From Bacteroidota bacterium (lineage in GTDB: Bacteria; Bacteroidota; Bacteroidia; NS11-12g; UBA955): a stretch of 64,000 nt of DNA. Shown piece after piece: positions 39,712 to 50,205 of the stretch. A program made the position numbers and the translations under genes. The stretch is from assembly GCA_030833525.1 (NCBI GenBank), contig JAURGZ010000001.1, forward strand, positions 538 to 64,537. Direction: 5' to 3'. The stretch's first letter is position 1, and every line of letters begins with the position of its first letter. Below the pieces are notes generated by a model. That model did not search any database. It had not been told where the DNA came from and was given only the letters and a program-made list of their open reading frames with translations.

Positions 39712-40658
39712 AAAATAGAGGCATTCAGGTTTGGGCCTTGGTGGCTTTGTTGTTCGCAGGAGCTGCGCCGCTTGACATTGCGAAACCCTCCTCGCAGCTG
39801 GATTGGTCTGTTTACCAAGACTCTACTTTCGAAAAATGGGGGTCACGATTCGCTTTCTTAGCCTTGGACCCGGCTTCTTCCAAACAGTTGTGCCAGCAAG
39901 CAGGCCCTATGTTTTGGCGTCAAGTGTTGGATTTGAGCAAAGATTCTTCGGTGATAGTACACGTTCAAACCCGCCAAACCTTTGGAGTATTGCCCGCCAA
40001 ATTCATCGATTCGTTGGAACACATTGGAAAGCTTGATTCTTTTGCCAAGGCCTTTCGCATGGCTTTGGGCTTTGATAGTTTGGCTCCCATTAAGTTCGTT
40101 CGAGGCAAATCGCAGTTTTTCCAATACCATAAAATCGGGCCTCTCATGAATGAGGCTTTTGCTGTATTCCGTCAACAAGGGTTGGACCCGCGCATTGCAG
40201 AAATGCTGTTGCTGATTGAAAGCCCCAATAACCCAGGGGGTGTTTCAAGTTCTGGCGCCGTGGGGCACTTTCAACTCATGCCGTTCGTAGCGAAGAAATA
40301 CGGTTTGAGTGTTTCACCCGGCCACGATGAGCGCTTGGATTTTTCGCGCAGCGCCTACGCCGCGGCTCGCTTGATCAAAGAGTATGCAGAACCCAATGCC
40401 GATGCCATTTGTGTTGCTGCTGGGTTAGAGGTAGACCGCCAGGCTTTGTGGTATCAGATGCTCATCTTGCACATATACAACGCCGGTGCAGCCAGCGTGA
40501 AAGAAGCCGCTGCAGTAATCGGTTCAGCCAGCGACCCGTATGAGTGGATTCAGCAGTTTTGGAAAACCAAAGCAGGTCGTTTTGGCAATCAATCCCAAAA
40601 CTATTCTCAGGTGGCTTTGGCCTCTTATTGCAAGTACAGGGATTTCCTGTACCATTGA
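39708..40658 (+). CDS. Lytic transglycosylase (SLT domain)
   Basis: LIES (catalytic Glu), SSSGAVGHFQLMP and YNAG. ATGA overlap with the TPR gene. Confidence 0.82.
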   Translation: MKNRGIQVWALVALLFAGAAPLDIAKPSSQLDWSVYQDSTFEKWGSRFAFLALDPASSKQLCQQAGPMFWRQVLDLSKDSSVIVHVQTRQTFGVLPAKFIDSLEHIGKLDSFAKAFRMALGFDSLAPIKFVRGKSQFFQYHKIGPLMNEAFAVFRQQGLDPRIAEMLLLIESPNNPGGVSSSGAVGHFQLMPFVAKKYGLSVSPGHDERLDFSRSAYAAARLIKEYAEPNADAICVAAGLEVDRQALWYQMLILHIYNAGAASVKEAAAVIGSASDPYEWIQQFWKTKAGRFGNQSQNYSQVALASYCKYRDFLYH

Positions 40659-40670
40659 TGGTTTCGGCAT

Positions 40671-41414
40671 CTAAGGCTTGAGAAAATCAGCCGTCCAAAG
40701 GCCCCACTTGTGCAGGCGGTACTGAAGGCTTACGCCAAGTACTCCCAGCCCATATTGAACACTGCGTCTGAAGTTGATGGAGCTGGCTTCGGGAAAATAA
40801 CGGGTGGGACAGGAAATTTCACCCACTTTGAATCCGACAGCGAACAATTGAGCAATGATTTGATTGTCGAATACAAAGTCATCTGAATTTTTATCGAAGT
40901 GTACCGTTTGTAAGACCTTTTTGTGATAAGCGCGATAACCTGTGTGGTACTCACTCAGGTGTTGCCCCATGATGGCGTTCTGCACGGCCGTCAACATTCG
41001 GTTGCTCCAGTATTTGTACCTAGGCATCCCTCCATCCAAAGCTCCTTTTCCCAGAATGCGAGAAGCAAAGGCTGCGTCGTAGACCCCGCTGGCCACCATG
41101 CTGACCAAGGCCTGAAGGAGTTTAGGGGTATACTGGTAATCGGGATGAACCATGACGATGATGTCGGCGTTCAGCGATAGGGCTTGGGTGTAGCAAGTTT
41201 TTTGATTGCCTCCATAGCCGCGGTTCAGAGGGTGAATCCAAATGTGTTCAATGCCCAAAGAACGAGCCAATTCAGCCGTTTGGTCAGAACTGGCGTCGTC
41301 TACCAAAATGACATGGTCTACCCAAGCCCGGTCAATTTCTGAGACCGTTTGAGCCAATGTGGCCTGGGCGTTGTAGGCAGGCAACACCACCGCTATGCTT
41401 TGACCGTATATCAT
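40671..41414 (-). CDS. Glycosyltransferase family 2 (polyprenol-phosphate glycosyltransferase-like)
   Basis: VLPAYNA, LVDDASSD, NRGYGGNQK, HPDYQY and EYHTGYRAY. Confidence 0.9.
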   Translation of the reverse strand: MIYGQSIAVVLPAYNAQATLAQTVSEIDRAWVDHVILVDDASSDQTAELARSLGIEHIWIHPLNRGYGGNQKTCYTQALSLNADIIVMVHPDYQYTPKLLQALVSMVASGVYDAAFASRILGKGALDGGMPRYKYWSNRMLTAVQNAIMGQHLSEYHTGYRAYHKKVLQTVHFDKNSDDFVFDNQIIAQLFAVGFKVGEISCPTRYFPEASSINFRRSVQYGLGVLGVSLQYRLHKWGLWTADFLKP

Positions 41415-41605
41415 GAGGCAAAAATGACGCTGAACCGCTTGATTTAATCGACTAGAGTGTCAAGAAAACTAAACAAATGAAATCTGTTGCCCATTATCAA
41501 ACGGCGTAAATCATTAATATATTGAGTAAATATAGGGCTAATTTAGACGCATTTTAAATTGAATAACCTGTGTACAAATTGTTCCCCACCTCTCAGGGGT
41601 CAATC

Positions 41606-41613
41606 TATATTTG
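41606..41613 (+). promoter_or_regulatory. -7 promoter motif (TATATTTG) for the act operon
   Basis: TAnnTTTG match 29 nt upstream of the actA ATG, in an AT-rich intergenic region. Confidence 0.6.
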
Positions 41614-41642
41614 CAGTGCGAAAAACCCCTTCGTAATCACAC

Positions 41643-42950
41643 ATGATCATTAAACATTTGAAAGGTTGGGCCCTCGCTGCCATTCTTGCAGTCTCGGCTC
41701 CAGTTCTCGCCCAGGATGCACCCAGTGCAGATGAAGGTAAAAAGCTCTACGAAGCCAACAATTGTGGAAGCTGTCACGCCCTAGACAAGAAAGTGGTAGG
41801 TCCCGCCCTGAGAGGGGTGACCGATCGCCGTTCTGAAGAATGGTTGATTCAGTGGATCCGTAACAACGAAAAATTCCGCAAGAGCGGTGATGCCGATGCC
41901 AATGCTTTGTACGAAGAGTATGGTGGAGCAGCTATGAACATTTTCGAGAATTTGTCTCCTCTGCAGGTTCAGCACATTCTCGAATACATCAAAACGGCTC
42001 CTGCTCCCGTTCAGGAAAAGGCACAGACTACAGGTGTAACGGCTGAAGAAGACAACAGCAACAGCATCTACATTTTGTTGATTTTGGTCGCTGTATTCGC
42101 GGTGGTATTGTTGGTTTTATCAAAGGTTAAAAACACCTTGTTGCGCGTTGCCGCTGAACAAGATCCTGAAACTTATGCCGAGCAAATGAACAAACTTCCT
42201 TTGTGGAAGCGTTTGTTGCCCAAGAAGTTGGCCAATATGAACACCACGGTTTTGAGTTTGTTCATCACCTTGATCATTGGTCTTCCCATGGCAGGCTATG
42301 GATATAAGTTCTCCATTTCTGAAGTAGGGGTTCAGAAAGGGTACGCTCCCGAACAACCCATTGCGTTTTCTCACAAACTTCACGCCGGTGATTTGCAGTT
42401 GAATTGTCGCTATTGCCATAGCACAGTTGAAGAGAGCAAATCAGCGAGCATTCCTGCGTTGAACACTTGTATGAACTGTCACAAGGGTGTTCAATTGACA
42501 GAAAAATACAACGGCAACGTGTCTCCTGAGATTCAGAAGATTTACGATGCCTTGGATTACGATCCTGAAGCCAAACCCGGTGAAGAATTTGGCGACAATC
42601 CCAAACCCATTCGTTGGGTTCGCATTCACAACTTGCCCGACCACGCTTATTTCAACCACTCACAGCACGTGAAAGTGGGCAAATTGGAATGCCAAACTTG
42701 CCACGGTCCCATTGAGCGCATGGAAAAGGTGCAGCAGTGGAACACCTTGCAAATGGGCTGGTGCATCGATTGCCACCGCAATGCAGGTATTGACGCAGCG
42801 AACAACAACTATTACGCTGCTTTGCACGCTAAAGCGGCCAGCGATTTGGAAAATAACGGCAACAACAGCCAATACTTTGGACCTGATGGAAAAGTGCGCA
42901 TTACTCCCGCTATGAACGGCGGATTGGAGTGTGCCAAGTGCCACTATTAA
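41643..42950 (+). CDS. actA: Alternative complex III multiheme cytochrome c subunit
   Basis: Six CxxCH motifs (CGSCH, CRYCH, CMNCH, CQTCH, CIDCH, CAKCH) and QPIAFSHKLHAG. Confidence 0.93.
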   Translation: MIIKHLKGWALAAILAVSAPVLAQDAPSADEGKKLYEANNCGSCHALDKKVVGPALRGVTDRRSEEWLIQWIRNNEKFRKSGDADANALYEEYGGAAMNIFENLSPLQVQHILEYIKTAPAPVQEKAQTTGVTAEEDNSNSIYILLILVAVFAVVLLVLSKVKNTLLRVAAEQDPETYAEQMNKLPLWKRLLPKKLANMNTTVLSLFITLIIGLPMAGYGYKFSISEVGVQKGYAPEQPIAFSHKLHAGDLQLNCRYCHSTVEESKSASIPALNTCMNCHKGVQLTEKYNGNVSPEIQKIYDALDYDPEAKPGEEFGDNPKPIRWVRIHNLPDHAYFNHSQHVKVGKLECQTCHGPIERMEKVQQWNTLQMGWCIDCHRNAGIDAANNNYYAALHAKAASDLENNGNNSQYFGPDGKVRITPAMNGGLECAKCHY

Positions 42951-42970
42951 TTAGAAAAGAGAAAATCACC

Positions 42971-45900
42971 ATGTCAAACAATATGAAATATTGGAAAGGC
43001 GAGGAGGAGTTGAATAGAGATGCCCGCTTTTTGGCGGCTCAAAAAAACGAGTTCAACGAATCATTGCCATTGGATGAAGTATTGAGCGAAGACGGATTCG
43101 AATTGAATTCCAATCGCCGAGACTTTTTGAAATATTTTGGTTTTAGTGTAACGGCCGTAACCTTGGCTGCTTGCTACAAGACCAACGTTCGTCACGCAGT
43201 TCCCTATTTGGTTAAGCCCGAAGAGGTGACTCCTGGTGTGGCCAACTATTACCGTTCTACCTGTGGCGCTTGCTCAGTGGGTTGCGGTATTGAAGTGAAA
43301 GTGCGTGAGGGTCGTCCCATCAAGGTAGATGGAAGTGCTGATTCTCCCATTTCTGGGGGTGGATTGTGCGCTGCTGGTCAGGCATCCATTCTGTCTTTGT
43401 ACGACACCGAGCGTTTGGCTAACCCCTTGCATTTGGGTGCTGAAGCCAAAGATTGGTCAGAGCTTGACAACGGTATCAAAGCCAAATTGGCTTCCATTAG
43501 CCAATCCGGTAAAGGAATCGCAGTGGTTTCAGGAACGGTACACGGTCCAACCACGTTGAAAGCCATTTCTGATTTCACGGCCGCATACCCCACCGCGAAG
43601 CACGTGATGTACGATGCGGTTTCATACAGTGGCATGTTGGACGCAAACGCGGCTGATTTTGGAACCCGCGCCATTCCACGTTACGATTTTTCCAAAGCCA
43701 ATGTCATTGTCAGTTTTGCCGCTGACTTTTTGGGAACCTGGGTTTCTCCCGTTGAATTCTCCAAGGCCTATGGTAAAAAGCGCCGTCCCGATGCCGAGGG
43801 AGGAATGAACCAGCATTTCCAATTTGAATCTGCATTGAGCATGACCGGCACCAATGCCGATCACCGCTTCCCCATGAAGATGAGCCAAGAGCGTTTGTAC
43901 TTGTCTTCTTTGTACAATTATCTCGCTCAGAAGGCTGGTGCTACTCAAATGCCAGTGGTAAAGCAAGGTGAATTGGCTGGAAACGCATTGAAATCGGCTG
44001 CCGAAGCTCTTTGGAATGCCAAAGGTGCTAGCATCGTGGTCAGCGGTAGCAATGATAAAGTGAGCCAGCAATTGGTGAACGCCATCAACGTTTTGTTGGG
44101 CAACTACGGCTCAACTCTGCACATGGATCAGCACAGCAAGCAGCACCAGGGTAGCGATAGCGAATTGGCTGCTGTTTTGAAAGGCTTGAATGACAAGAGC
44201 ATTGCCGCTGTGATTTTCTACGGTGCCAACCCCGTTTACAACCGCGGTCAAGAATGGCAGGCGGCCATTGCCAAAGCTGAGTTGTCTGTTTCATTTGCTG
44301 CCAGCAAAGATGAGACGGCTACGGTTTGCCAATACGTTTGCCCCGATAGTCACTATTTGGAATCTTGGTCAGATGCTGAACCCCAAGCCGGTGTTTACCA
44401 TTTGGGTCAGCCAACCATTACTCGAGTATTCAATACCCGCCAGGCTCAATTGTCTTTGTTGACTTGGTCAGGAGCGGCTCCTCAAATCGACGCTGATCCC
44501 TTTGCTAAAAAAGGCATTTTGTCCCAGAAGTTTGAAGCCGATCCTTATTACATCTATTTGGCTAACAACTGGAAGTCTCAAGGCTTGAACGAAGCTGCTT
44601 GGACCAAAGCTTTGGAAATGGGTGTAGTAAGCGGTACCGCAAGTGCTGCTAGCATGGCCTATTCAGGCAATGCCGTAGCCTTGGCTAGTGAGGTAGCTTC
44701 TGTGAAAGCTGATAACGGCATCGAATTGAACTTCTACGCTCCTGTGGGCGTTCGCGACGGTGCGCATGGAAACAACCCTTGGTTGCATGAGATGCCCGAC
44801 CCCGTGAGCAAGGTTTCTTGGGACAACTACGTGGCTTTGCCAAAGTCTTTGGCTTCTGAATTGGGAATCAAAGAGCGCGATACGGTGAACATCAAAGCCG
44901 GTGAGCTCATGTATCAAAACGTTCCCGCATTGATCCAGCCCGGTCAAGCCAATGGCACTTTGGCAATGGCTTTGGGTTATGGAAGAACGGCCGCCGGTAA
45001 AGTCGGGGGCTCCGTTGAAAAGGGATTTGAAACCATTGGATTCAACGCCTTCAATTTGGGCGGTGGCACTTCTACAGTGGTTGGAAATGTTGAAATCACC
45101 AAAGGTGATGCTCAATACCACTTGGCTCAAACCCAAACCCACCACAGCATTGAAGGTCGTGACATTGTTCGCGAAACCACCTTGGATGCCTTCAAGAAGA
45201 ACCCCAAAGCAGGAAATGATAAGGCCGCTACCCATGTGTACACCATTTGGGAAAAGCGCGACTACCGCAAGGACGGTTCCCCCAACCATTTATGGGGAAT
45301 GGCCATCGACTTGAACGCTTGTACCGGTTGCGGTTCTTGCGTAGTGAGTTGCTCGATTGAAAACAACGTACCCGTTGTGGGCCGCGATGAAATTCGTTTG
45401 CGTCGCGAGATGCACTGGATTCGCATCGATCGCTACTACAGCTTTGTTTCTGAAGAGTCTACCATGACTCGCGAAGCCGATATTGCTACGGCTGATGCCG
45501 CCAACAAAGGCGAATACAGCCACTGGGAGAATGTACAAGTCATTCACCAGCCCATGATGTGCCAGCATTGTGCACAGGCTCCTTGTGAGACGGTTTGCCC
45601 AGTATTGGCAACTACTCACTCAAGCGAGGGTCTGAACCAAATGACCTACAACCGTTGCATTGGAACCAAATATTGCGGTAACAATTGCCCCTATAAGGTT
45701 CGTCGATTCAACTGGTTCCGCTACAACGACAACGATGCGTTCGATTTCCACTTCAACAACCCCTTGGGTAAGATGGTCATCAACCCTGATGTAACCGTTC
45801 GTACCCGCGGTGTGATGGAGAAGTGTTCTTTCTGCGTGCAGCGCATTCAGGAAGGCAAGCTGAAAGCCAAGCGTGCAGGTAAATCTCCCAATGAAGTTCA

Positions 45901-46084
45901 GGTGGAGACGGCTTGCCAACGCGCCTGCCCAAGCAACGCCATTGTTTTCGGTGATTTGCACAATCCTGAGAGTGAAATTTCCAAGCTTTACCGCAACGAA
46001 CGTGGTTTCCGAGTTTTGGATGAGATCAACGTACAATCTTCGGTTACTTACATGACCAAGGTTCGCAACACAACTAAGGCTTAA
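42971..46084 (+). CDS. actB: Alternative complex III Fe-S/molybdopterin-oxidoreductase-like subunit
   Basis: Tat motif NRRDFLK followed by LAAC. Fe-S motifs CTGCGSCVVSC, CQHC..PCETVCP, CIGTKYC..NCP and CSFC. Confidence 0.93.
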   Translation: MSNNMKYWKGEEELNRDARFLAAQKNEFNESLPLDEVLSEDGFELNSNRRDFLKYFGFSVTAVTLAACYKTNVRHAVPYLVKPEEVTPGVANYYRSTCGACSVGCGIEVKVREGRPIKVDGSADSPISGGGLCAAGQASILSLYDTERLANPLHLGAEAKDWSELDNGIKAKLASISQSGKGIAVVSGTVHGPTTLKAISDFTAAYPTAKHVMYDAVSYSGMLDANAADFGTRAIPRYDFSKANVIVSFAADFLGTWVSPVEFSKAYGKKRRPDAEGGMNQHFQFESALSMTGTNADHRFPMKMSQERLYLSSLYNYLAQKAGATQMPVVKQGELAGNALKSAAEALWNAKGASIVVSGSNDKVSQQLVNAINVLLGNYGSTLHMDQHSKQHQGSDSELAAVLKGLNDKSIAAVIFYGANPVYNRGQEWQAAIAKAELSVSFAASKDETATVCQYVCPDSHYLESWSDAEPQAGVYHLGQPTITRVFNTRQAQLSLLTWSGAAPQIDADPFAKKGILSQKFEADPYYIYLANNWKSQGLNEAAWTKALEMGVVSGTASAASMAYSGNAVALASEVASVKADNGIELNFYAPVGVRDGAHGNNPWLHEMPDPVSKVSWDNYVALPKSLASELGIKERDTVNIKAGELMYQNVPALIQPGQANGTLAMALGYGRTAAGKVGGSVEKGFETIGFNAFNLGGGTSTVVGNVEITKGDAQYHLAQTQTHHSIEGRDIVRETTLDAFKKNPKAGNDKAATHVYTIWEKRDYRKDGSPNHLWGMAIDLNACTGCGSCVVSCSIENNVPVVGRDEIRLRREMHWIRIDRYYSFVSEESTMTREADIATADAANKGEYSHWENVQVIHQPMMCQHCAQAPCETVCPVLATTHSSEGLNQMTYNRCIGTKYCGNNCPYKVRRFNWFRYNDNDAFDFHFNNPLGKMVINPDVTVRTRGVMEKCSFCVQRIQEGKLKAKRAGKSPNEVQVETACQRACPSNAIVFGDLHNPESEISKLYRNERGFRVLDEINVQSSVTYMTKVRNTTKA

Positions 46085-46105
46085 CCTACCTAAAAGAGTT
46101 AAAGA

Positions 46106-47455
46106 ATGATACACGATTCCATCATTAGAGAAAGGCTGGTAACGGGCGATAAGACTGCGGCAGATGTAACCCGCGACATTGCTCGTCCCATTTTGAACCA
46201 ACCCAGCACCGCCTGGAAGGTAGGCTTTACCCTTTCGGTCATTTTCTTGGGCATTTTTGCCTTGAGTTTGTTTTACACCCTGTGGACCGGTATTGGTGTT
46301 TGGAACATCAACAAATCGGTAATGTGGGGTTGGGATATCACGAACTTCGTATTTTGGGTAGGTATTGGTCACGCCGGTACCTTGATTTCAGCGGTTCTGC
46401 TGCTTTTCCGTCAAAAATGGCGCATGAGTATCAACCGTTCAGCTGAGGCCATGACGATTTTCGCCGTTATCTGTGCCGCCATGTTCCCTGTGTTTCACAT
46501 GGGTCGTGTTTGGGTTGGATACTGGGCTCTTCCTTTGCCAAACGGCTTTGGTTCCCTGTGGGTGAACTTCAACTCTCCCTTGTTGTGGGACGTATTCGCC
46601 ATTTCGACGTACTTCTCTGTATCGTTGTTGTTCTGGTACATTGGTTTGATTCCTGATATCGCCACGATTCGCGATAAGGTGACCACCAAGGGTGCCAAAT
46701 TCTGGTACGGCTTGTTCTCCATGGGATGGACAGGTTCTACCCGAACTTGGGCTCGCTATGAATTGATTTCGTTGATTTTGGCTGGTTTGAGTACTCCTCT
46801 GGTATTGTCTGTGCACACCATCGTATCGACTGACTTTGCTACCTCCGTGATTCCCGGTTGGCACACGACCATTTTCCCTCCCTACTTTGTAGCGGGTGCT
46901 ATTTTCTCTGGATTTGGCATGGTGGCTACCTTGTTGGTCGTGGCGCGCAAAGTGATGAACTACGAAAACTACATCACCATTGGTCATTTGGAAGCCATGT
47001 GTAAGATCATCATGGTGACCGGTTCTTTGGTGGGTATCGCTTATTTGACTGAATTCTTCATTGCTTGGTATAGCGGTGTTGAATACGAACAATACGCGTT
47101 CTTGAACCGTGCTTTCGGTCCCTACTGGTGGGCTTACTGGAGCATGATGAGCTGCAACTTGATTGCTCCTCAGGTTTTCTGGTTCAAATGGTGCCGCACG
47201 ACTCCTTGGTTCATTTTCATCATGAGCATCGTGGTGAACGTGGGTATGTGGTTCGAGCGTTTCGTGATCATTGTAACCTCATTGCACCGCGATTATTTGC
47301 CCTCTAGCTGGGTAATGTACTCGGGTTCATTGACAGAGGTAGGTTTGTTCTTGGGTACCTTCGGTATCTTCTTTACCTGCTTCTTCTTGTTTGCTAAGTT
47401 CTTGCCTGTTATCAACATGGCTGAAGTTAAATCCATCTTGCGCAACCGCGAGTAA
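46106..47455 (+). CDS. actC: Alternative complex III NrfD-type quinol-oxidising membrane subunit
   Basis: [32 protein letters not shown] and GMWFERF. Confidence 0.95.
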   Translation: MIHDSIIRERLVTGDKTAADVTRDIARPILNQPSTAWKVGFTLSVIFLGIFALSLFYTLWTGIGVWNINKSVMWGWDITNFVFWVGIGHAGTLISAVLLLFRQKWRMSINRSAEAMTIFAVICAAMFPVFHMGRVWVGYWALPLPNGFGSLWVNFNSPLLWDVFAISTYFSVSLLFWYIGLIPDIATIRDKVTTKGAKFWYGLFSMGWTGSTRTWARYELISLILAGLSTPLVLSVHTIVSTDFATSVIPGWHTTIFPPYFVAGAIFSGFGMVATLLVVARKVMNYENYITIGHLEAMCKIIMVTGSLVGIAYLTEFFIAWYSGVEYEQYAFLNRAFGPYWWAYWSMMSCNLIAPQVFWFKWCRTTPWFIFIMSIVVNVGMWFERFVIIVTSLHRDYLPSSWVMYSGSLTEVGLFLGTFGIFFTCFFLFAKFLPVINMAEVKSILRNRE

Positions 47456-47475
47456 TCAATTAGGAGAATTGCTGA

Positions 47476-48042
47476 ATGGCTATTTTAGATAAAAACCTCA
47501 GTCTGCGCAACCGCAACAAAATGCTGGTTGGCGTTTACGAAGACGAAGACAATGTGATGCACGCGACCCAGTCATTGGTCGACGCTGGCATCCGTGTTCA
47601 CGACGTGTACACTCCTTATCCGGTGCACGGCTTGGACCGCATCATGGGCATTCGCCGTAGCCGTTTGGCTCGTGTGGCGTTTTTCTGTGGATTGACGGGC
47701 TTAAGCTTGGCTGTTACCATGATTTGGTATATGTACGTACACGATTGGCCAATGAACATCGGTAACAAGCCTGAGCGTTTTACGCCTAGCTGGATTCCCG
47801 TCATGTTTGAGGCTACCGTTTTGTGTACCGCATTCGGCATGGGCTTCTTCTTTTTCTGGAGAAACCGCATGTTGCACGGAGTGAAGAACGAAGTGCTCGA
47901 TTTGCGCCAAACAGACGACCGTATGATCATTGCCGTGGAGACTCAAGAGGGCATGGACGAGAAATCGACCTTAGAACTCATGAAGAAGCACGGTGCAGTT
48001 GAATTGCGTGAATTCCACAATGGGGTTCAAACTATCTTATAA
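47476..48042 (+). CDS. actD: Alternative complex III subunit D (DUF3341)
   Basis: DVYTPYPVHGLD, DWPMNIG.KP and PVMFE. Confidence 0.92.
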   Translation: MAILDKNLSLRNRNKMLVGVYEDEDNVMHATQSLVDAGIRVHDVYTPYPVHGLDRIMGIRRSRLARVAFFCGLTGLSLAVTMIWYMYVHDWPMNIGNKPERFTPSWIPVMFEATVLCTAFGMGFFFFWRNRMLHGVKNEVLDLRQTDDRMIIAVETQEGMDEKSTLELMKKHGAVELREFHNGVQTIL

Positions 48043-48051
48043 ATCAAGGAT

Positions 48052-48690
48052 ATGAAGAAAGTGAATCAGATTTTATTGTCGGCAACCTTGGCCTCTGCTC
48101 TTCTCGGCGGATGCGTAAGTCGTGGAAACGATCCGGGATGGGAATACGCCCCCGATATGTACTATTCCAAGGGATATGAGCCTTATTCTCAGGCCGATTC
48201 TTCTGCCTTGAACCCCTATGGCATGAGCATGCGTACTCCTGCGGTAGGTTCGGTGGCCATGGGTAAGAGCGATTACGTGTATCCTTACGAAAACAACGGT
48301 GCTGGATATGAATTGGCTGGTGCAGAATTGACCATGCCTGAAGGATTCAGCGACGCCGATGGACGCGGTCAGTATTTGTATGACATTTACTGCGCTCCTT
48401 GCCACGGCGCTAAGGGTAACAACGATGGAGCTGTGTTCCAGAAAGCGGCGAATTTGAAGCCTGCTTGGAAAGGATACAGCGACCCCTACATTCAAACCTT
48501 GCCTGTAGGTAAGATTTACCACACGTTAACCTACGGTAAAAACAACATGGGTAGCCACGCTTCGGTTTTGGCTCCTTTGGACCGCTGGAAAGTGATCAAT
48601 TATGTAAAACAGCTTAGCATGCAATCGGCCGCTGCTCCTGCAGCATCGGCAACCGAGAATGCGGCATCAGAAATGGAAACTGCTAACTAA
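48052..48690 (+). CDS. actE: Alternative complex III monoheme cytochrome c lipoprotein
   Basis: Lipobox LGGC, PDMY, CAPCH and GKNNMGSHA. Confidence 0.92.
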   Translation: MKKVNQILLSATLASALLGGCVSRGNDPGWEYAPDMYYSKGYEPYSQADSSALNPYGMSMRTPAVGSVAMGKSDYVYPYENNGAGYELAGAELTMPEGFSDADGRGQYLYDIYCAPCHGAKGNNDGAVFQKAANLKPAWKGYSDPYIQTLPVGKIYHTLTYGKNNMGSHASVLAPLDRWKVINYVKQLSMQSAAAPAASATENAASEMETAN

Positions 48691-48694
48691 TACC

Positions 48695-50119
48695 ATGGGA
48701 CACGGACATCACATTGAAATAAAACAAGAGAACTTTGTAGTTCCTGCTAAAGCCAAACGGTTTGCCATCCTCATGATGGTAATAGGCTTGGTATTGACGG
48801 GCATTGGTTTGGCCACTTTGGGTGGTTCCAATGCACATTCGCACGATGCAGTGGCTCATGAGACAGAAGCCCATGCTGCTGAGTCTCATCAAGAGAACCA
48901 CGGCGGCGAAACTGCTGCGGCTCATGAAAGTCATGAAGAAGCCCATGCTGAAGCCCATGGCAATGTGGAAAATGAGAAATTTGGCCCTCGTGCTGCATTC
49001 CATGCAGAAGAAAAGCCTGCTATGACCCGTTTTTGGGCGAATTTGCTGGTGGCTGGATTTTACTTCCTGATGATTTCGCTTTGCGCCCTTTTCTGGGTAG
49101 CAGTTCAATACGTAGCCAACGCCGGTTGGTCCACCGCCATCAAGCGCGTTCCCGAGGCCATGCTTACGTTCATCCCTGTGCCTTTTGTGGTATTGATGTT
49201 GGCCGTTTTGGTGGCCAAGACTGATTTGTACCACTGGGCTCATTATGAGCACTTGCACTTGGGACCTGGAGATGCAGGTTATGACAAGGTATTGGACGGC
49301 AAGAGCGGTTTCTTGAATTCCACTATGTTGTTGGCTTTCCCCACCATTTTGGTAGCCATTTGGTACATGTTGGGTCGCAAACTTCGCAGTTTGTCAGCCC
49401 AAGAGGATCAAGCGACCAAAGGCGATGTAAGCTTCTTCAAGAAGAGCATTCGCTATTCAGCTGGCTTTGCAGTGTTGTTTGGTTTCACCATCAGCATCAT
49501 TGTTTGGTTGTTTATCATGAGCGTTGATGCTCACTGGTATTCTACGATTTTTGGTGTTTACAACTTCATTTCTACTTGGGTAACGGCCATATCCATCATT
49601 GCCTTGTTCGTGGTTTATTTGAAGAAAGAAGGCTATTTGGCCATTGTTTCTGACGAACACATCCATGACTTGGGTAAGTTCATGTTTGCCTTTACCATTT
49701 TCTGGGCTTACGTATGGTTGAGCCAGTACTTGTTGATTTGGTACGCGCACATTCCCGAAGAGATGTACTACTATCAGATTCGATTTGAAGATTACAAGGC
49801 CAATTTCTTGGGTAACTTGATTTTGAACTTCTGCGTACCCTTCTTGTTCTTATTGATGCGTTCAGCGAAGCGTTTCCGCCCCTTGTTGGTGACCATCGCT
49901 GTGACCATGTGTTTGGCTCACTATCACGACATTTGGTTCAATGTGTTCCCCGGCGTTTTCGGCCCTGGAATGCAAATCGGAGTCATGGAAGTAGGTGTAT
50001 ACATGACCTTTGCTGGTCTGTTTATCTACTGGGTATTGACGGCGTTGACCAAACGCGGTTTGATTGCCGTGAACCACCCCTACATCGAGGAATCTGCACA
50101 CCACGACGTGGGAGTTTAA
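48695..50119 (+). CDS. actF: Alternative complex III membrane subunit F
   Basis: AGWS, LYHW, MSVDAHWYST, HIHDLGK and QYLLIWYAHIPEE. Confidence 0.92.
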   Translation: MGHGHHIEIKQENFVVPAKAKRFAILMMVIGLVLTGIGLATLGGSNAHSHDAVAHETEAHAAESHQENHGGETAAAHESHEEAHAEAHGNVENEKFGPRAAFHAEEKPAMTRFWANLLVAGFYFLMISLCALFWVAVQYVANAGWSTAIKRVPEAMLTFIPVPFVVLMLAVLVAKTDLYHWAHYEHLHLGPGDAGYDKVLDGKSGFLNSTMLLAFPTILVAIWYMLGRKLRSLSAQEDQATKGDVSFFKKSIRYSAGFAVLFGFTISIIVWLFIMSVDAHWYSTIFGVYNFISTWVTAISIIALFVVYLKKEGYLAIVSDEHIHDLGKFMFAFTIFWAYVWLSQYLLIWYAHIPEEMYYYQIRFEDYKANFLGNLILNFCVPFLFLLMRSAKRFRPLLVTIAVTMCLAHYHDIWFNVFPGVFGPGMQIGVMEVGVYMTFAGLFIYWVLTALTKRGLIAVNHPYIEESAHHDVGV

Positions 50120-50137
50120 GACGCTCGAAATAAGCTT

Positions 50138-50168
50138 GAAAAAGGGCCACCATCGGTGGCCCTTTTTC
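50138..50168 (+). terminator. Intrinsic terminator of the act operon
   Basis: gaaaaagggccacc-atc-ggtggccctttttc. Confidence 0.9.
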
Positions 50169-50205
50169 GTATCCAAGCCCTTGAAAAATCGTAATTTTGC
50201 AGCGA

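Noticed and set aside
41439-41452. FNR-like box (ttgatttaatcga) in the act/GT2 intergenic region
   Set aside because: Half-site spacing is 3 nt rather than 4, and the second half-site is mismatched.
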